Source: an uncultured Gemmatimonadales bacterium
GTDB lineage: Bacteria > Gemmatimonadota > Gemmatimonadetes > Gemmatimonadales > Gemmatimonadaceae
Assembly: GCA_963850905.1 (NCBI GenBank)
Contig: CAWKMU010000003.1
Location: 352,001 to 416,000 of the forward strand
Direction: 5' to 3'
DNA length: 64,000 nt
The notes below the pieces were generated by a model. That model had not been told where the DNA came from. It did no database searches and saw only the letters and a list, made by a program, of their open reading frames with translations. The position numbers and the translations under genes were made by a program. Below, piece by piece: positions 59,387 to 64,000 of the stretch. Numbering within the stretch: position 1 is the first letter of the stretch; every line of letters starts with the position of its first letter.

Positions 59387-60535
59387 TTGCAGGAAGGCAG
59401 CCTGAGTTCCCTGTCGAACACCTCGGGCATCGAAGACCTGGAGTCGCCGCTGGCGGCCCTGCCGCCCGGTGTCGTGTGCCTCACCGACTTTGAGGTCGCG
59501 GCGCGGAGCGTCTTGCCCGACATGGCGTACGCCTATGTCTCGGGCGGCGCAGGAGATGAGCTCACGCTCCGGTGGAACGTCGAGGCGTTTCAACGTATCC
59601 GCCTGCGCGCCAGGGTCCTCACCGACGAGCAAGGCAGTGACACGCGCTGCACGATACTCGGCACGCCCCTCGCCTGCCCGATTTTCCTCGCCCCGACCGC
59701 GTATCACCGCCTGATGCACCCCGACGGTGAGTTGGCCACCGCGCGTGGCGCCGCCGCGGCCCAAGTCCCGTACATCGTGAGTACCGCGACGACGACGCCC
59801 CTCGAGGAGATCGCCGCCGCCGCCGATGGCGTGCGGTGGTTTCAATTGTATCCGCTCATCGACCGACGCCGGACACAAGACCTCGTCGCAAAGGCCGAAG
59901 CGGCGGGCTGTCGAGCGGTGTGCCTCACGGTCGACACTCCAGTCGCCGGCGCGCGCAATCGCGAGCAACGCGCGGGCGTCCGGCTGCCCGGCGGTCTCAA
60001 TGCGCCCTACTTCCACCACGTTGTCGATGCGCAAAATGTGCGCACGCCCTTCATGCCGCTCACCTGGCGCGACGTCGCGTGGCTGCGGTCGGTCACGTCC
60101 CTGCCGGTGTTGTTGAAGGGGGTACTCGACGCCGAGGACGCCCAGCGGGCCGTGCAGGAAGGAGTGAACGGGATCATTGTTTCGAACCACGGTGCCCGGA
60201 ACCTCGACACGCTCCCCGCGACCGTTGAGGCGCTCCCGAGTGTCGCGGCCGCTGTCGATGGCCGGATTCCGATTCTCCTGGACGGCGGCGTGCGTCGCGG
60301 GACGGACATCCTCAAGGCGATCGCACTCGGCGCCTCCGCGGTCCTCATCGGCCGGCCATACCTCTTTGGTCTTGCCGTCGCCGGCGCCGCCGGCGTCGCA
60401 GCCGTCGTCCGCATCCTCCGCAACGAGCTCGAGGCCGCGCTGGCGCTGACTGGCCGGCCGTCGATCGCAGCGGTCGACAAGACGGTGTTGTGGAGTCAGG
60501 GAACAAACCGAAAGGCCGATCACGGTGCAGAGTGA
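59387..60535 (+). CDS. FMN-dependent alpha-hydroxy-acid oxidase/dehydrogenase (start uncertain)
   Basis: YVSGGAGDE, APTA, WFQLY, LTVD, LKGV, SNHGARNLD and DGGVRRGTD motifs. Confidence 0.94.
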   Translation: MQEGSLSSLSNTSGIEDLESPLAALPPGVVCLTDFEVAARSVLPDMAYAYVSGGAGDELTLRWNVEAFQRIRLRARVLTDEQGSDTRCTILGTPLACPIFLAPTAYHRLMHPDGELATARGAAAAQVPYIVSTATTTPLEEIAAAADGVRWFQLYPLIDRRRTQDLVAKAEAAGCRAVCLTVDTPVAGARNREQRAGVRLPGGLNAPYFHHVVDAQNVRTPFMPLTWRDVAWLRSVTSLPVLLKGVLDAEDAQRAVQEGVNGIIVSNHGARNLDTLPATVEALPSVAAAVDGRIPILLDGGVRRGTDILKAIALGASAVLIGRPYLFGLAVAGAAGVAAVVRILRNELEAALALTGRPSIAAVDKTVLWSQGTNRKADHGAE

Positions 60536-60549
60536 CTGGCCTTGGACCG

Positions 60550-60574
60550 GTAGGGGCGACGCATCGCGTCGCTC
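60550..60574 (+). repeat. REP palindrome between convergent genes
   Basis: GTAGGGGCGACGCATCGCGTCGCTC; its upstream GGCCTTGGACCG is shared with the 56285 copy. Confidence 0.8.
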
Positions 60575-60625
60575 GCCGTTGTCGTTGTGGTTGTCGTTTC
60601 CTGACCCCAGACCCCAGACCCGCAG

Positions 60626-61846
60626 CTACAGGTATCGCGGCCTCCCCTGCACAATCCCCACGAGTAGCTCCGCCGGTCGTCGCTCGCCGACACCGACGGC
60701 GATGGATTCACGCAATGCACCGCGCCACTCGCGCCGGATGCGGATTACGTGCGAGCGGCCGCATCGACACATCCATCGGTGGTAACTCACGGCATCGAAC
60801 GTCGGCAGCCGATAAGGACCGGCCAATGCCGACATCGGGCACTGCGGCGAGCACGCGAACACGACCCATAGCACGCCCGGCTCCGGTTCGACGGGCATGC
60901 GGCCCCGCGCGTCGAGCTCTCTGAGCTGCAGACGCACCTGCCGAGGACCTAGCGCAACCACGCGTTCCGGCGGGGCGCGGACGACACGCACCACGGCGGC
61001 CCCGTCAACCGCGTCTGCGCCGGCCGCGAGCAACGCGCGCGCGCACGCCTCGAGCGTCGCGCCGGTCGTCATGAGATCGTCCGCGACGATGATCCGCCGG
61101 CCGCGCACAGCTCCACGCCACGCGCGGCGGACGACATAGGCCCCCTGGCTCTCGCGCAATCGCTCGGTCCGCGACAAGCCCTTCTGCGTAAAGTCGCGAG
61201 TCTTCTCGAGGACGCCGAGCCGGAGGACCGCGTGCGAGAGTTTGATCGCGGCGAGCGAGACCAGCATGTGGACGTGCGGTCGGCGGTTTTCGAATGATGG
61301 CACGGGCACGAGTAGCGGCCGGTACGCCCGGTCGTCGCCACGAAATGGCCGTGCTCGCATGACCTCGCACACACTCGCCGCGAGCGCACGCGCAAGGGGC
61401 ACGGCGAGCGACGGCCAATCCGTACGACGCTCCTTGAAGGCGACGACCGCGCGGTAGGCTTCGCCGAGCGACCGCCGGGGCGATCCCGCGCGCCCATGAT
61501 ACGCGGCGACACATCGCCCGTACGGCAGCGCACCACCCAGCGCCGCCTGACTGCAATCCGGGCAGACTAACCGACCGCCGACGCCTACCCACCCGTCGTG
61601 CGCGACGTCGTCAGTGCAGCAGAGATGGCAGCGGCGCGCACCGATCGGCTCGCCGAAGCCCCGCCACAGACCGGCCGCCAGGTGCACGGGGTCCTCGCGC
61701 GAGCGGTGATCCCGGTTCTGCACCGCGAGATCGCCCGCGAGCACCCACGCCGTCCGCCACGCTGCACCTCGCGCCTCAGGCGGGAACGTCCGGGTCGCAC
61801 GCACGACCCGCCACCACACATCGACCCCGCGGCGGCGCTGCCGCAT
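60626..61846 (-). CDS. ComF-like phosphoribosyltransferase with Cys motifs at both ends
   Basis: CHLC...CPDC zinc ribbon, LVPVPS, QKGLSRTER, IIVADDLMTTGATL PRPP loop; extra C-terminal CSPQC/CRC region. Confidence 0.75.
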   Translation of the reverse strand: MRQRRRGVDVWWRVVRATRTFPPEARGAAWRTAWVLAGDLAVQNRDHRSREDPVHLAAGLWRGFGEPIGARRCHLCCTDDVAHDGWVGVGGRLVCPDCSQAALGGALPYGRCVAAYHGRAGSPRRSLGEAYRAVVAFKERRTDWPSLAVPLARALAASVCEVMRARPFRGDDRAYRPLLVPVPSFENRRPHVHMLVSLAAIKLSHAVLRLGVLEKTRDFTQKGLSRTERLRESQGAYVVRRAWRGAVRGRRIIVADDLMTTGATLEACARALLAAGADAVDGAAVVRVVRAPPERVVALGPRQVRLQLRELDARGRMPVEPEPGVLWVVFACSPQCPMSALAGPYRLPTFDAVSYHRWMCRCGRSHVIRIRREWRGALRESIAVGVGERRPAELLVGIVQGRPRYL

Positions 61847-61919
61847 CCCGGTATCCTGTCAGGCCGCGCTCCCTGCTGCGCCATCATGGGAGCGCGGCGA
61901 GACCAGTGGAGCGCGAGAG

Positions 61920-62978
61920 CTACCGCACCGCCACCTGCTCCACCAACGGCATCACGTCTTCCGCAAAGCGCTCCATCTCCTCGAGCTGCGGGCTGCATTG
62001 CAGCAACAGGAGATCGACGCCTGCGTCGGCGAACGCTCGAACACGCTCGGCCACCATCTCCGGAGTCCCGACCAGACCCGCGCGCAGGCCGCGGTTCGAC
62101 ACCGAATAGTCCTCGAGGCTCACCTGCTGGTCGAGTTTCGTGTGCGCAATCCAGTCGCGGTAATTCCCGTAGCCCGGCGAGCCCGGCGCGACGTTGGTGA
62201 TCCGGGCGCGCTCGCGCTCGGCTTCCTCGAGACTCGACCGGACGATGACGTAGGCCGCCATGCCAAACGTCATGGGAGGAAGATCGAGCGCTTCGCGCCG
62301 TGCGCGCATGTCGGCCACTTTGGGTGCGACCCGCTCGGGGGGATCCCCGTGCATCACGTACGCGTCACACTTCTGCGAGATGAGCGACTTGGCTGCCTCC
62401 GATTCGCCGCCGGCATAGACGACGGGAAGCGGGTCTGGCTTGGGAAACAGAACCGTCTCGTCCGTGGCGTAGTAGCGCCCGCGAAACGAGAAGCGTGGCT
62501 GCGTCCAGACACCGCGCACGACGGACAGCCACTCGTCCGTGCGCGCGTACCGGTCATCGTGTTCGTCGAAGCGCACCCCGTACCGTCGTGCCTCGTCAGC
62601 CCACCAGCTGGACACGACGTTCAGCGAGATCCGTCCCGGCGCGACCCCCGCGATCGTCGCCGCCTGTTTCGCCAGGATCGCGGGCTGATGAAAGGTCGGC
62701 CGCACGGCAATCATCAGCTCGAGATGGTCCGTCACCGCCGCCAGGGCGGCGGATAGCGACCATGCGTCGAGTGACGGCGCATCGATGCCCTTGATGTCGT
62801 TGAGAAACAGCTCGGCCACCAGCGACAGATCGTACCCGATCTCCTCGCTCCGCCGCGCGAGCCGCTTCACGTACCCCCACGAGGTTTCCATCTGCTCGTC
62901 CGGCACGTTCCGCAGCCAGCCGCCGAACACCGGCATCCAGTAGCCGTACCGCATCACCGGTCGCTCCCGATCGCTCAT
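61920..62978 (-). CDS. LLM-class flavin-dependent monooxygenase (SfnG/SsuD-like)
   Basis: YGYWMPVFGG, ALAAVTDHLELMIAVRP, GRISLNVVSSWW, HDDRYART, YAGGESE, LVGTPEMVAER. Confidence 0.92.
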   Translation of the reverse strand: MSDRERPVMRYGYWMPVFGGWLRNVPDEQMETSWGYVKRLARRSEEIGYDLSLVAELFLNDIKGIDAPSLDAWSLSAALAAVTDHLELMIAVRPTFHQPAILAKQAATIAGVAPGRISLNVVSSWWADEARRYGVRFDEHDDRYARTDEWLSVVRGVWTQPRFSFRGRYYATDETVLFPKPDPLPVVYAGGESEAAKSLISQKCDAYVMHGDPPERVAPKVADMRARREALDLPPMTFGMAAYVIVRSSLEEAERERARITNVAPGSPGYGNYRDWIAHTKLDQQVSLEDYSVSNRGLRAGLVGTPEMVAERVRAFADAGVDLLLLQCSPQLEEMERFAEDVMPLVEQVAVR

Positions 62979-64000
62979 GACTGCCCCCACCCGCTCTCGC
63001 CAGCAGCCGCCGTGACTCCCGCATCGACAACGGGCGCCGAAGCGGATCGTCCGTGCCGCGTCGACCCGCCTTCGTCCGCGCGCGCCAGGAGGTAGTCGAC
63101 CAGCCGCTCGTGCGGGTCGAATCCCACCACGCGCCGTGCATCCGCGACGAAGTTCGAGAGTGCATTGACGTCGTAGAAGTAGTGCTGTCCATCGCGATCA
63201 TCGATCAGATACTCAATGCCGCCCACATCCAGGCCGACGTGCCGCGCGATCTGCTCGACTTCATCGATGATCGAGGCCGGCGGGTCCGCCCGTTCCACCC
63301 GCATCCCAGTCTTCGGCGCGTCGAGCGCACACGCGGCCCGCGACAGGGCACGACCGTCGGTGGTCTGGCATACATCCGCCGGACACAGGTTGAAGAGGGA
63401 GTCGGGCGCAGGGAACACGTTGATCGCGTACAGGTACCGGCCGCCAAGGACCTCTACTCGGGTGATGTGACCCGCGCGCAGTGGGGCCATCTCCTGCACC
63501 AGCGCGACACCGTCGACGCCCAAGTCGAGCGCGCCGTCGCTCGCCGCCTGTTCGAGCGCGGATCGATTCTCGAAGCGCTCGATCCCGGCCCCGCTGCCTC
63601 CGACATTGGCTTTCACGAGCACCGGATACCGGAGACCTCGCGCAGCCTCGAGTACCGCCTGCGCACTGTTGGCGAGCCGCGTCACCGGGTACGGGACTCG
63701 CAGCGACTCGAACGCTTCGATCTGTAACGCTTTCGTAATGTCCATCTCGTAGGCCGAGGCACCGTTGACGACCGCGACGCCGATGCGCTCGAGGTAGCGA
63801 AGCCACTGAAGTGTGTAGAAGGTCGATTGTCGATGCCCGCGCAGGTACGCCGACGGACTGGCGCGATTGAACACGAGCGAGTACGGCACAGTTCGCTCGC
63901 TCGGGTCGTAGTGGTGCGAGGCCGCATCCAGACGCACGTATGCCACAGCGCGGCGATCGAGCTCGGCAAAGAGTGGGCGGAACCAGTCTGGATGCTCGTG
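62975..64000 (-). CDS. ATP-grasp ligase (RimK/glutathione synthetase-like); N-terminus beyond window end
   Basis: Frame is open to 64000 (HEHPDWFRPLFAELDRR); YPVLVKANVGGSGAGI, LVQE and GIEYL...YFYDVNALSNF; ATGA overlap with the LLM gene. Confidence 0.88.
   Translation of the reverse strand, partial: HEHPDWFRPLFAELDRRAVAYVRLDAASHHYDPSERTVPYSLVFNRASPSAYLRGHRQSTFYTLQWLRYLERIGVAVVNGASAYEMDITKALQIEAFESLRVPYPVTRLANSAQAVLEAARGLRYPVLVKANVGGSGAGIERFENRSALEQAASDGALDLGVDGVALVQEMAPLRAGHITRVEVLGGRYLYAINVFPAPDSLFNLCPADVCQTTDGRALSRAACALDAPKTGMRVERADPPASIIDEVEQIARHVGLDVGGIEYLIDDRDGQHYFYDVNALSNFVADARRVVGFDPHERLVDYLLARADEGGSTRHGRSASAPVVDAGVTAAAGESGWGQS

Overview
High-GC bacterial chromosomal window. Gene content and style suggest Gemmatimonadota, but this is an inference. 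From left to right it contains: (1) a translationally coupled minus-strand envelope operon (1-9974) encoding two paralogous beta-barrel + coiled-coil proteins, a secreted coiled-coil/beta-sandwich protein, a ~1730-aa periplasmic TPR protein, a small GltF/CglF-like protein, and MotA/TolQ/ExbB + ExbD. It looks like an uncharacterised Agl-Glt/Tol-like PMF-driven trans-envelope machine. (2) DsbA-like protein, waaA, an EAL phosphodiesterase, an F1-only atpAGDC operon, AraC-like, NUDIX and MlaF-like genes, and a sigma70 factor. (3) Four tRNAs (Ala, Val, Arg, Pro), then a 5-kb accessory block bounded by a ~50-64 bp inverted repeat. (4) A type II secretion cluster in scrambled orientation, interleaved with a MauG/BthA-like di-haem enzyme and followed by a phosphoesterase, an HExxH lipoprotein and a TolC-RND-MFP pump. 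(5) Transporters, a CocE hydrolase, an alpha-hydroxy-acid oxidase, a ComF-like PRTase and an ATP-grasp + LLM monooxygenase pair. Intergenic DNA carries about 13 GTAG-type REP palindromes and several heptamer-armed hairpins. Four genes have single-base frameshifts, most likely sequencing or assembly indels. All family assignments come from motif recognition by eye; no searches were run.
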